Below the pieces are notes generated by a model. The model did not search any database. It was given only the letters and a program-made list of their open reading frames with translations, and was not told the origin of the DNA. 64,000 nt of DNA, taken from the NCBI GenBank assembly GCA_944371315.1, contig CALVXN010000001.1, positions 2,838 through 66,837 on the forward strand, in the 5' to 3' direction. The position numbers were made by a program, and so were the translations under genes. Source of the DNA: an uncultured Bacilli bacterium (GTDB lineage Bacteria > Bacillota_I > Bacilli_A > RF39 > UBA660). Shown here piece by piece: positions 20,077-29,330 of the stretch. The stretch's first letter is position 1; each line of letters opens with the position of its first letter.

Positions 20077-20179
20077 TTTATAAAAATTTCTATAAAATGT
20101 TAAATTTTATTACCTAAATGTAACTTTAATTGATAGACAGTATTAAAAAAAACAATTATAATGTAAAAAAGGTGATAAA

Positions 20180-20644
20180 ATGAATTTTGGGAAAAAAATA
20201 TTAGATGCAAGAAAAAAAGCTAATTTATCTCAAGAAGAAATAGCAGAAAAATTAAATATTACAAGACAAACCGTATCAAAATGGGAATCAAATGAAACAG
20301 TCCCAAACATTAACCAAGTTAAATTATTAGCAAAAATATATAAAATTTCATTAGAAGAATTATTAAACTATAATAAAATAGATGAAGAAATAGAAAGCAT
20401 AATAAAAAAAACTAATACAAAAACTCAAGATAAAATAAATTGGACAAAAGTATGGAGTAAAAAATATCCTATTTTAGAAACATATCAAAATAAAGTAAAC
20501 ATAAAAAAATACGAAAATTATTTAAATAATATATTAACTGAACTACAAACAAAATATAATTATAACCGTTTAGATGCAATGTTAGTATTAAAAGATATTT
20601 TAGCACATTCATGGAATAAAAATAATGGTGAGAAAAATGATTAA
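20180..20644 (+). CDS. XRE-family HTH protein with a C-terminal extension
   Basis: N-terminal HTH_3 (LSQEEIAEKLNITRQTVSKWES); good RBS AAAAGGTGATAAA before the ATG. Confidence 0.6.
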   Translation: MNFGKKILDARKKANLSQEEIAEKLNITRQTVSKWESNETVPNINQVKLLAKIYKISLEELLNYNKIDEEIESIIKKTNTKTQDKINWTKVWSKKYPILETYQNKVNIKKYENYLNNILTELQTKYNYNRLDAMLVLKDILAHSWNKNNGEKND

Positions 20645-21092
20645 AGATGAAATTCTTACATTAAATAATATTAATTATATAGATGAAATACTAGATATAT
20701 TAGATAATTGGCAAAACATTAATAAAACACAAATTAAAAAAGAAATAATAAAAGGAATAACTGAAAATAAAATGCCAATAACAATATTATTAACAAACGA
20801 AAAAGAATTAATAGGTTTTTATCAAATTGTAGAACATGATAATGATAATACTATATATACTCCGTGGATTGCTAACTTAATAATTAAAGAACATTATAGA
20901 AATAAAGGCTATGGTAAAATATTAATTAACACAATAACTAAATATATGAAAAAATATAATATTTCAAAAATCTATTTACATTCTAGACACAAAAATTTCT
21001 ATGAAAAGTTTGGATTTAAAATATATAAAAAGCTTAATTTAAATGACAATATAGAAAGAAACATATATTTATTAGAAAAAAATACCCAATAA
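20637..21092 (+). CDS. GNAT-family N-acetyltransferase; start taken at the ATG at 20637 (RBS GGTGAG), overlapping the upstream stop by 8 nt
   Basis: GNAT motif A region HYRNKGYGKILI; track ORF begins at 20625. Confidence 0.6.
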   Translation: MIKDEILTLNNINYIDEILDILDNWQNINKTQIKKEIIKGITENKMPITILLTNEKELIGFYQIVEHDNDNTIYTPWIANLIIKEHYRNKGYGKILINTITKYMKKYNISKIYLHSRHKNFYEKFGFKIYKKLNLNDNIERNIYLLEKNTQ

Positions 21093-21095
21093 ACA

Positions 21096-21974
21096 TTAGG
21101 TATTTTTTTTCCTTATTAAATTTAACAATTCACTATTATGCACTATATTTATTTTAGATGCAGAAGAATCAATAACAAAATTATCACTTTCAATTATCAC
21201 TCCATCAACATTACCTATTATAGGAAAATCTAAAGCTATTTCTACTTTAGAAGCATCTAAATTCAAATAATTTTGAAACCTATCCTGTTTACCAGATAAG
21301 ATAGCTTTTACAAAAAATAGCATTTGATATCTTTTTAAAGCTTCTACCATTATCAAGTTAGATCCTTTATTTTCTATACAAGCATTAGGATTAACAGGAT
21401 AACCATTCTCACAATATTTTCCATTACAAATAGCTACCATACTCATTGAAGGACTATAAAAATTTTTTTCATCAGCTTTAACTAAAACTGGAAAATCTTT
21501 ATGTTTAAAAAAAGTATATGCTATACTCCAATTATAAATTTGACCTCTGGGAATATCAAACTTTTTCATTTTTTCTGCATTTTCACATATTTCAGCATCA
21601 ATTCCTAAACTAAAAATGTTTAAACAATACAAGTCATTTACTCTCATGACATTACAAATAGTAGATTCATTACCACTTTCATTTAAAAATCTAAATAAAT
21701 CATTACTAGCACCATTTGGAACAATGCCTAAAAAAGCACTACCACCTACAATGCCATTTAAAACAGCATTAACTGTCCCATCACCGCCTACTGCATAAAT
21801 AATAGCATTTTCATTTTTAAAAGTTGAAGCTAATTTTATAGTTTTTTCCCTACTATCAACACATCGAATATTATAATTTACTTTTAATGACCTACAAATT
21901 TCAATAATTCTTTCTATTAAATTAAGTGTTTCTAAAGGATAAGAAGTGGTATTTACAATAAAAATATGCTTCAT
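21096..21974 (-). CDS. Lipid kinase with a diacylglycerol-kinase catalytic domain (YegS/BmrU/DagK-like)
   Basis: DAGK_cat motif AVGGDGTVNAVLNG; 4-nt overlap with miaB. Confidence 0.65.
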   Translation of the reverse strand: MKHIFIVNTTSYPLETLNLIERIIEICRSLKVNYNIRCVDSREKTIKLASTFKNENAIIYAVGGDGTVNAVLNGIVGGSAFLGIVPNGASNDLFRFLNESGNESTICNVMRVNDLYCLNIFSLGIDAEICENAEKMKKFDIPRGQIYNWSIAYTFFKHKDFPVLVKADEKNFYSPSMSMVAICNGKYCENGYPVNPNACIENKGSNLIMVEALKRYQMLFFVKAILSGKQDRFQNYLNLDASKVEIALDFPIIGNVDGVIIESDNFVIDSSASKINIVHNSELLNLIRKKNT

Positions 21975-23371
21975 ATTACTTCTCCATCTAAACTAAAACT
22001 TTTAGCATCAATTATTTTTACCTTTACTATTTTACCTATTAAATCTTTACTACCTACTATATTAACTAATTTCATAGTATCAGTATAACCACAAACTTTA
22101 TTATCTCCTCTATCACTAGTTCCTATAACTAAAACTTCTACAATTTTATTTAAATACTTTTGATTACTTTCTAACGAATATTTATTAACTAATTCGTTTA
22201 ACTTGTGTAATCTTTTTTCCTTTTCTTCAAAAGAAATTTTATCTTCCATTAAAGAAGCAACAGTTCCTACTCTTTTAGAAAATATAAAAGTATAAGCACC
22301 ATCAAACTTACAATAATTAACAATATCTAAAGTTTTTTGAAAGTCTTCTTCAGTTTCGTTAGGAAATCCTACAATAATATCAGTTGTAATACTTACATTT
22401 GGCACTTTATTTTTTATACTATCAAATAATTTTTTATATTCAGAAATAGTATATCTTCTATTCATTTTTTTAAGTATCTCATCACTACCAGATTGAATTG
22501 GCAAATGAATATACGGCATAATGTTTTCATATTTAGCTATTACATCAATCATTTTTTCTGTAAAATTCCAAGGATGACTAGTTACAAACCTTATTCTAGG
22601 AATTCCAATTTTTGCAGTTTCTTCTAAAAGTGTAGCAAAATCATAACCTAAATTTAAATCTTTCCCATAAGCATTAACATTTTGACCTAATAAAGTAATT
22701 TCTAAATAACCTTTTTCTTTTAATTCTTTTACTTCTTTTAAAATTTCTTCAATTTTTCTACTACGTTCTCTTCCTCTAGTAAATGGAACTATACAATAAG
22801 TGCAAAATTTATCACATCCAAGTTGTATATTAATCCAAGCCGAAATTTTCGAATCTCTACTATATTTTACATTTTCAAAAACTTTATCACTATTTGAATA
22901 TACATCAACTTCTTGTTTACCACTACATTGTAAAATTTTATATGGTAATTCCGATAAATTATGAGTTCCAATAACAATATCTATATACTTATGATTTTTT
23001 ATAATTTCTTCTACTTCACTAGGTTGCTGAACTAAACAACCGCATACACAAATTATTAAATCCTTTTTTGTCTTTTTTAAATGTTTACAACGGCCTAAAT
23101 AACCAAATACTTTATCTTTAGCATTTTCTCTAATAGCACATGTATTTAAAACAACTATATCAGCATCTTCTAAGACATCAACACTATTAAAACCTAATTG
23201 TTCTAAATAATATTTTATTTCTTCTGAATCATGAACATTCATTTGACAACCATAAGTTCTCAAAAAATATTTTTTTCCTTTAAAAACAGGCTTTAAGTTT
23301 AAATCTAAATTAATATATTTAATATCTACTTTTTCTCTATTCTTAGCAACGCATAAATCCGGCTTATTCAT
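21971..23371 (-). CDS. miaB: tRNA-i6A37 methylthiotransferase
   Basis: MTTase N-terminal Cys motifs (TYGCQMN, NTCAIRE), radical-SAM CDKFCTYC, C-terminal TRAM region; RBS AAGGGAGG. Confidence 0.8.
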   Translation of the reverse strand: MNKPDLCVAKNREKVDIKYINLDLNLKPVFKGKKYFLRTYGCQMNVHDSEEIKYYLEQLGFNSVDVLEDADIVVLNTCAIRENAKDKVFGYLGRCKHLKKTKKDLIICVCGCLVQQPSEVEEIIKNHKYIDIVIGTHNLSELPYKILQCSGKQEVDVYSNSDKVFENVKYSRDSKISAWINIQLGCDKFCTYCIVPFTRGRERSRKIEEILKEVKELKEKGYLEITLLGQNVNAYGKDLNLGYDFATLLEETAKIGIPRIRFVTSHPWNFTEKMIDVIAKYENIMPYIHLPIQSGSDEILKKMNRRYTISEYKKLFDSIKNKVPNVSITTDIIVGFPNETEEDFQKTLDIVNYCKFDGAYTFIFSKRVGTVASLMEDKISFEEKEKRLHKLNELVNKYSLESNQKYLNKIVEVLVIGTSDRGDNKVCGYTDTMKLVNIVGSKDLIGKIVKVKIIDAKSFSLDGEVI

Positions 23372-23618
23372 GAATATGCCTCCCTTAAAAACTTATTTTA
23401 TCACACTAACCAAAATTATGAAAGCGGAATTTGGATAAGTGTGAAATAAAGTTAAGTAGAAAGGTTTATATAGAATGGATTTACCATTTAGGATAGAAAA
23501 AAGTATAAGTATTGTAATAAATTTTAATATTTTTAATAACCAAAACCCGCTTTCAACAATCATTTTACACATATCTATTTTAATTGCAAGTAAATCGACA
23601 AAACTAGTCAAAACTTTT

Positions 23619-23652
23619 AAAAAAAGCTTCAACCAATATTGATTAAAGCTTT
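23619..23652 (-). terminator. Intrinsic terminator after serS
   Basis: AAGCTT-containing 7-bp stem around a 16-nt loop, followed by a T-run on the minus strand. Confidence 0.4.
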
Positions 23653-23656
23653 AAAA

Positions 23657-24946
23657 TTATTTATTTTTTGGTATTAATTTTTCAATATTTCCCATATAAG
23701 GTTGTAATACTTTTGGAATTAAAACACTACCATCTTCTTGATAATTATTTTCAAGTAATGCAATTATTGCTCTACTTGATGCTAAAACAGTATTATTTAA
23801 AGTATTAACAAAATATGTTCCATTTTCACCCTTAGTTCTAATTCCTAAACGTCTAGCTTGAGCATCTCCAAGTAAAGAACAAGAACCAACTTCAAAATAC
23901 TTTTGTTGTCTAGGGCTCCATGCTTCAACATCACAAGATTTAACTTTTAAATCAGCTAAATCTCCGCTACAACATTCTAATGTTCTAACAGGAATATCTA
24001 AACTTCTAAATAGTTCTACTGTCCATTTCCACATTTTATTATACCAATCCATTGCTTCTTCTTTTTTACATAAAACAATCATTTCTTGTTTTTCAAATTG
24101 ATGAACACGATATATTCCTCTTTCTTCAATACCGTGAGCACCCACTTCCTTTCTAAAACAAGGAGAATAAGAAGTCATAGTTATTGGTAAACTATCTTCT
24201 TTTATAATTTGATCTTTAAAACGTCCAATCATAGAATGTTCACTAGTTCCAATTAAATATAAATCTTCACCTTCGATTTTATACATCATTGCATCCATTT
24301 CAGAAAAAGACATAACACCATTAACAACATCACTTCTTATCATAAATGGTGGAATACAATAAGCAAAACCTTTATTTATCATAAAATCTCTAGCATAAGA
24401 AAGTAATGCACTATGTAAACGAGCAATATCCTCAATTAAATAATAAAAACCATTACCACTAGTTCTACCTGCACTTTCCTTATCCCAACCATTAAAACTT
24501 TCCATTATATCAGCATGATACGGTATTTCATAATTTGGAACAAAAGGTTCACCAAATTTTTCATTTTCTACATTTTCAGAATCATCTTTTCCAATTGGAA
24601 CACTATCATCAATAATATTTGGAATAACCATCATTCTACTTTTAATTTCATGTTCTAAATTTTCTTCACTTATTTCTAATGTATCAATTTCATCATTAAT
24701 GCTAACAACTTCTTTTTTAACTTTTTCTGCTTCAGCTTTCTTTCCATTACGCATTAATTCTCCAATTTGACTACTCAAACTATTTCTTTTAGCACGCAAA
24801 CTATCAATTTTTTGTTTATATTCACGATAAGTTTTATCATATTCATAAACTTCATCAACTAATCCTACTTTTTCTTCTTGAAATTTTTTTCTAATATTTT
24901 CTTTTACTAACTCACTATTTTCTCTAATTAAATTAATATCTATCAT
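23657..24946 (-). CDS. serS: Seryl-tRNA synthetase
   Basis: N-terminal coiled-coil arm plus class II core motifs (FRKEVGAHG..RVHQFEKQE, GRTSGNGFY). Confidence 0.85.
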   Translation of the reverse strand: MIDINLIRENSELVKENIRKKFQEEKVGLVDEVYEYDKTYREYKQKIDSLRAKRNSLSSQIGELMRNGKKAEAEKVKKEVVSINDEIDTLEISEENLEHEIKSRMMVIPNIIDDSVPIGKDDSENVENEKFGEPFVPNYEIPYHADIMESFNGWDKESAGRTSGNGFYYLIEDIARLHSALLSYARDFMINKGFAYCIPPFMIRSDVVNGVMSFSEMDAMMYKIEGEDLYLIGTSEHSMIGRFKDQIIKEDSLPITMTSYSPCFRKEVGAHGIEERGIYRVHQFEKQEMIVLCKKEEAMDWYNKMWKWTVELFRSLDIPVRTLECCSGDLADLKVKSCDVEAWSPRQQKYFEVGSCSLLGDAQARRLGIRTKGENGTYFVNTLNNTVLASSRAIIALLENNYQEDGSVLIPKVLQPYMGNIEKLIPKNK

Positions 24947-24956
24947 TTTACTACTC

Positions 24957-25877
24957 CTAACTAAACAACTTATTTTTTATATTTGTTTCTAACATTTTAT
25001 TTATTTCTTCATCACTATATTTAGTTTTTAAAAGCTTAACTAAATCTTTCTTTAAATGTTCATAAGGAAAAATTATTTTTTCAATTGGATTATTAAAAAG
25101 AACATTATCATAACTCATATCATCAGTAGAAATACCTACTCCATCAATACCTAATATTTGAATAACTGTATCAATATGTTTTAAATACTTTTGTTTTAAA
25201 ATTTTTATATCTTCATCATCCTTAGTTAAGAAAAATGAATAACTTACTAATCCAATAACAGGATTAAATTTTTTTATTGCTTCAATTTGTTTAACAGTAA
25301 TATTTCTAGGATGATTGTATAAATCATATACATTGGAGTGACTCACAATAACTTTTGGATTTAAGCCTTGATTTTTAGCATCATTTAATAATGAAACTGT
25401 ATCATAATATGTTTCTTCATTCATATGAGATAAATCAATACATATTCCAAGATCAATTGCTTTTTTAATAAATACTTTTCCTTCATTTGTTAATCCGCCT
25501 TTAAAAAAGGTTCCTCCACCATATTTATTTTTATTATTCCAAACTAACAAAATACTTGATAAACCAAGTTTTTTTAATTTTTCAAGTTCATTAATATCTT
25601 TAATATAGTCGCATCCCTCAATACTAAATAAAGCTTTTAAATTCGGGAAAAATTTTTTAAACAAACTCGTAGATATTTTAAACATTTCAACTACATCAAT
25701 CTTTTTGCCAAGCATTTCATCTTTCATTTCTTCTTCACTCATAAAATAAAGATTAGCTATAACCCCATTAACATTATTATCATTAAAATTTTTCCTTAAT
25801 GTTTCTATATACCTAAAATCATTACGTAAATAACAATAATATAAAATGGATAATAAATCATAATGCATATCAATCAT
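24957..25877 (-). CDS. Membrane dipeptidase, peptidase family M19-like
   Basis: N-terminal MIDMHYDLLS (M19 HxD metal site), later IDLSHMNE; first gene of the T-box-controlled operon with serS. Confidence 0.55.
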   Translation of the reverse strand: MIDMHYDLLSILYYCYLRNDFRYIETLRKNFNDNNVNGVIANLYFMSEEEMKDEMLGKKIDVVEMFKISTSLFKKFFPNLKALFSIEGCDYIKDINELEKLKKLGLSSILLVWNNKNKYGGGTFFKGGLTNEGKVFIKKAIDLGICIDLSHMNEETYYDTVSLLNDAKNQGLNPKVIVSHSNVYDLYNHPRNITVKQIEAIKKFNPVIGLVSYSFFLTKDDEDIKILKQKYLKHIDTVIQILGIDGVGISTDDMSYDNVLFNNPIEKIIFPYEHLKKDLVKLLKTKYSDEEINKMLETNIKNKLFS

Positions 25878-25891
25878 TTAACCATCTCCCT

Positions 25892-26094
25892 AAAAAATAA
25901 AAAGGGATTGCTACCAAGGAGTGCTTAATGCACGGTGCCATCCCTTTATTTTACTTTATTAATATAACGGTTATAAACCGAGGTATAATACCTAACTCAA
26001 AAGGTAGATTCATTATACTTACATTATTAGTTTCCATCAACCACTAACTTTCTATAAATTAAGTTATAATTACTAATCCTTTATCTTCGTTGAT
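25892..26094 (-). promoter_or_regulatory. T-box riboswitch leader with a Ser UCU specifier and a terminator/antiterminator
   Basis: Minus-strand AATAAAGGGATGGCACCGTG matches the T-box consensus AAUUAGGGUGGNACCGCG; terminator AAAGGGATGGC...GCAATCCCTTT + TTATTTTTT; specifier-like GAAUCUA adjacent to basal helix AAAGG/CCTTT; RBS GGGAG before the ATG. Confidence 0.6.
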
Positions 26095-26100
26095 ATCAAT

Positions 26101-26130
26101 AATATAGCACAAAAAAGCTTATTTATGCAA
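26101..26130 (-). promoter_or_regulatory. Promoter for the T-box leader
   Basis: Minus strand TTGCAT - 18 nt - TGcTATATT (extended -10). Confidence 0.45.
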
Positions 26131-26354
26131 TAAATTTTAATATAAAACAATTTTTTATATAATTAACTAAACTATATATTTTTATTAATCTATTATTAAT
26201 TTAAGATATTCTATAAAGAAGTAAATAAAAAAAGAGGTTGGTGTGCAAAACTTGAAGGAGGAATAACTAATATAACTCTTGATACATTTTTAAAATTAGC
26301 TGAAATAAATGAAATTGATGTAATAATAAAAGAAAAAGAAAAAAGATAGTAAAT

Positions 26355-26759
26355 CTATCTTTCCAAAATCTTTTTAATCGCATCATATGGAAGCCAAGCA
26401 CAAGTTTTTCGACTTGTGTTTTTTGTATCTTCATAAACAACAGCTTCTTTTAATAAAGATGCATCATAAATCTCGTTATTTAGCATTGATTCAAAATTAT
26501 TAATATATTTTTTTGCTTCTTCCACACTTTTACCAATTAAATTACAACTCATAACTGAAGCAGAAGAAATACTTATAGCGCATGCTTCTCCATTAAAAGC
26601 AATGTCCTCAATAACATTATCTTTTATTTTTACATATATATCTAAATTATCAATACAAGAAGTATTTCTAGTATTTTCTTTTATATACTTAGAATCATTT
26701 ATATCTTTTTTATTACGAGGATTACTATAATGATCTAGTATAATTTCTCTTTTATCCAA
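26355..26759 (-). CDS. sufU: SufU/IscU-like Fe-S cluster scaffold / sulfurtransferase
   Basis: Conserved Cys-containing segments NTSCID, GEACAISISSAS, KTCAWLP; immediately downstream of sufS. Confidence 0.7.
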   Translation of the reverse strand: MDKREIILDHYSNPRNKKDINDSKYIKENTRNTSCIDNLDIYVKIKDNVIEDIAFNGEACAISISSASVMSCNLIGKSVEEAKKYINNFESMLNNEIYDASLLKEAVVYEDTKNTSRKTCAWLPYDAIKKILER

Positions 26760-27974
26760 TTAAATCATCTCTTCCATAATTTTATCTTTATTTTTAATTA
26801 ATTCAACAAATTCATCTATTTCTGATTCAGTATTATAAAAATATAAGCTTACACGTAAAGAATTATTAACCCCAGTAGCATTTTTTAATATCTTTGCACA
26901 ATGATTACCTGCACGGACACATATATTATATTTATTTAAAAAATAAGCAACATCTTGTGAAAATATATTATCGATATTAAATGCTACTATGCCACTATCA
27001 GCTTCTAAATTTATTATATCTACATGAGGAATTTTTACTAATTTATCAACTAAATATTCTCTTAAATGTCTTTCTCTTTCTTGGATGTTATCCATTCCAA
27101 TTTTTTGTAAATATCTTATTGCTTCCCCTAAACCTATAACACCAGCTATATTTGGAGTTCCTGCTTCTAATCTAGTAGGTAAATCTTTTAAATAAACTTC
27201 ATTTGGATTATCAAAGGAATCATTCATACCACCACCAAGATTAATAGGTTCTAAATTTTCTAAAAGTTCTTTTTTTCCATATAAAACACCAACCCCAGTT
27301 GGTCCCAACATTTTATGAGCAGAAAAAGCTAAAAAATCCACATCTAAATCTTGAACATCTACTTTCATATGAGGAACACTTTGAGCGCCATCAACAACTA
27401 CAAAAATATTATTTTCATGAGCAAACTTTGTAATTTCTTTAATTGGTCGAACATCCCCTACAACATTTGTAATTTGTGCTAAAGCTATTATTTTAGTTTT
27501 TGAAGTAATACTTTTTTTTACATTATCTAAAGTTACATGCAAATTATCATCTAAAGGGATAAAATTAACAACACAACCATAATCAGTAACTAATTTAAAC
27601 CAAGGTAATACATTTGAAGCATGCTCACTAGTAGTTATTAAAATTTCATCACCAGGTTCAACAATAAATGAAAAAAATCCATTAGCTATCATATTTAAAG
27701 ATTCAGTAGCTCCACTTGTAAAAATTACTTCCTCCTTAGATTTAGCATTAATAAAATCAACTACTAAATCACGAGCATTTTCATATTCTACATCAACTTT
27801 ATATGATATATCATAATCTCCCCGATGAGCATTAGCACTATAATTTTCATAATAATCTGTCATTTTATCAATAACACATTGAGGCTTCAAACTAGTAGCA
27901 CCATTATCAAAATATATAATATCTTTTTTTAACATTGGAAAATCATCTCTATTCATATATATCACCACCTTCAA
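26760..27974 (-). CDS. sufS: Cysteine desulfurase (class V aminotransferase)
   Basis: PLP lysine region FLAFSAHKMLGPTGVGVLYGK; catalytic Cys loop RAGNHCA; RBS AAGGTGGTGA. Confidence 0.8.
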   Translation of the reverse strand: MKVVIYMNRDDFPMLKKDIIYFDNGATSLKPQCVIDKMTDYYENYSANAHRGDYDISYKVDVEYENARDLVVDFINAKSKEEVIFTSGATESLNMIANGFFSFIVEPGDEILITTSEHASNVLPWFKLVTDYGCVVNFIPLDDNLHVTLDNVKKSITSKTKIIALAQITNVVGDVRPIKEITKFAHENNIFVVVDGAQSVPHMKVDVQDLDVDFLAFSAHKMLGPTGVGVLYGKKELLENLEPINLGGGMNDSFDNPNEVYLKDLPTRLEAGTPNIAGVIGLGEAIRYLQKIGMDNIQERERHLREYLVDKLVKIPHVDIINLEADSGIVAFNIDNIFSQDVAYFLNKYNICVRAGNHCAKILKNATGVNNSLRVSLYFYNTESEIDEFVELIKNKDKIMEEMI

Positions 27975-28090
27975 TATTAGAAATTCACTATTAATTTATT
28001 CTGACTATAAAATTACAATTATAGCAAAGGCCTTGTCCAATAAAAAATTTTTATTATTTTACCACATTTATTTAATTTTTACAAAATATG

Positions 28091-28119
28091 TTGACTTAGA
28101 ATAAATTTTTATATATAAT
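28091..28119 (+). promoter_or_regulatory. Near-consensus sigma-70 promoter on the plus strand
   Basis: TTGACT - 17 nt - TATAAT. Confidence 0.45.
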
Positions 28120-28125
28120 CAACTT

Positions 28126-28222
28126 GTAAAGCAATATCCATTTTCATATTTTTACTAAAAGTATTTATTTACTTTTGATATTGCTTTACGCAAAAGCACA
28201 AGAACTAATCTTGTGCTTTTTT
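28126..28222 (+). ncRNA. Candidate small RNA of about 97 nt with a 13-bp inverted repeat and an intrinsic terminator
   Basis: GTAAAGCAATATC (28126-28138) / GATATTGCTTTAC (28177-28189) around a 38-nt structured loop, then AAAGCACAAGA-ACTAA-TCTTGTGCTTT + TTT terminator that overlaps the convergent AI-2E gene end. Confidence 0.35.
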
Positions 28223-29320
28223 ATCTTGTAAACGATATTTGACATTAGTAGAAATGATACTATAAATAATAGAACATATAGGAACACTTAAAAGCATACC
28301 TAAAATACCATTTAAACTAGCACCAACAGTAACAGCAACTAATACCCAAATTGCAGGAAGACCTACATATTTACCTACAACTTTTGGATAAATTAAATTG
28401 CCTTCTAATTGTTGTAAAACTAAAATAAATAAAACAAAAATTATAGCTTGTAAAGGATTTACCATTAAAATTAAAAATGCTCCGATAATTGTTCCAATAA
28501 ATGCTCCAAATACTGGAATTAAAGCTGTAAATCCTACTAATACTGATATAGTAGTAGCATAAGGCAATCTTAAAATAATCATACCTAAAAAGCATAGTAT
28601 TCCAATAATTATCGCTTCAATACATTGCCCACCTACAAAATGAGAAAAAACCTCATTAGACAACTTAGCAATGTCTTTTATTTTTAAAACCATTTTTTTA
28701 GGTAAATATGCATCCATTATTTTTTTTGTTTGTTCAGTAATTTGTTCTTTTTGCGCTATAAAATAAATAGCAAACACTAAACCAATTAGTGCATTAATAA
28801 ATCCAGTAACAACATTTGAAGCAATACCCAAAGTAGTCTCTAATACTTGATTACTATTTTCTTTAATATAATTACTAGCACTATCACCTAAACTTTTTAA
28901 TATTTCTATTATTTCATTAATAATGTTAGAATCAATTCCCATTCTATCTAAAACAAGTCTTAAATTTTCATTATATAAAGGTATATTGTCCGCAAAAATT
29001 GCAATAGTCTTTTGTAAATTAGGAATTATTAAAAATAATAAAAACACAATAAATCCAATAACGATTGTTAATGCAATCAATATACTAACTATTCTTTTTG
29101 TAGCAATACTAGTATTCCATTTTTTTAACCATTTTTTTTCAATAACATTTATTAAAACATTTAAAACAAAAGCAATGGCTATACCAACAATAAAGGGCAT
29201 AAAAACATTAATAATATATCCAACAATATTAATTATATCTTTAATATATATGCCAACAAAAACTAAAACTATTGTCCATAAAATTAAATATTTAGCTTGC
29301 TTAACACTAATATTTTTCAT
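28205..29320 (-). CDS. AI-2E family transporter (PerM/TqsA-like permease)
   Basis: 371 aa, 7-8 TM helices with a typical AI-2E family hydrophobic profile. Confidence 0.6.
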   Translation of the reverse strand: MKNISVKQAKYLILWTIVLVFVGIYIKDIINIVGYIINVFMPFIVGIAIAFVLNVLINVIEKKWLKKWNTSIATKRIVSILIALTIVIGFIVFLLFLIIPNLQKTIAIFADNIPLYNENLRLVLDRMGIDSNIINEIIEILKSLGDSASNYIKENSNQVLETTLGIASNVVTGFINALIGLVFAIYFIAQKEQITEQTKKIMDAYLPKKMVLKIKDIAKLSNEVFSHFVGGQCIEAIIIGILCFLGMIILRLPYATTISVLVGFTALIPVFGAFIGTIIGAFLILMVNPLQAIIFVLFILVLQQLEGNLIYPKVVGKYVGLPAIWVLVAVTVGASLNGILGMLLSVPICSIIYSIISTNVKYRLQDKKAQD

Positions 29321-29330
29321 TTTTTCCTCC

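Noticed and set aside
23393-23632. 79-aa hydrophobic ORF in the serS-miaB spacer (TTG start)
   Set aside because: Starts inside the serS terminator hairpin with no RBS; composition is what AT-rich non-coding DNA translates to; more likely a leader or spacer.
26193-26348. Plus-strand ORF fragment ending ...GGITNITLDTFLKLAEINEIDVIIKEKEKR, with a GAAGGAGG RBS-like sequence just upstream of its end
   Set aside because: No start codon in frame after the preceding stop. It looks like the 3' remnant of an XRE HTH domain (a possible gene relic) rather than a functional gene.
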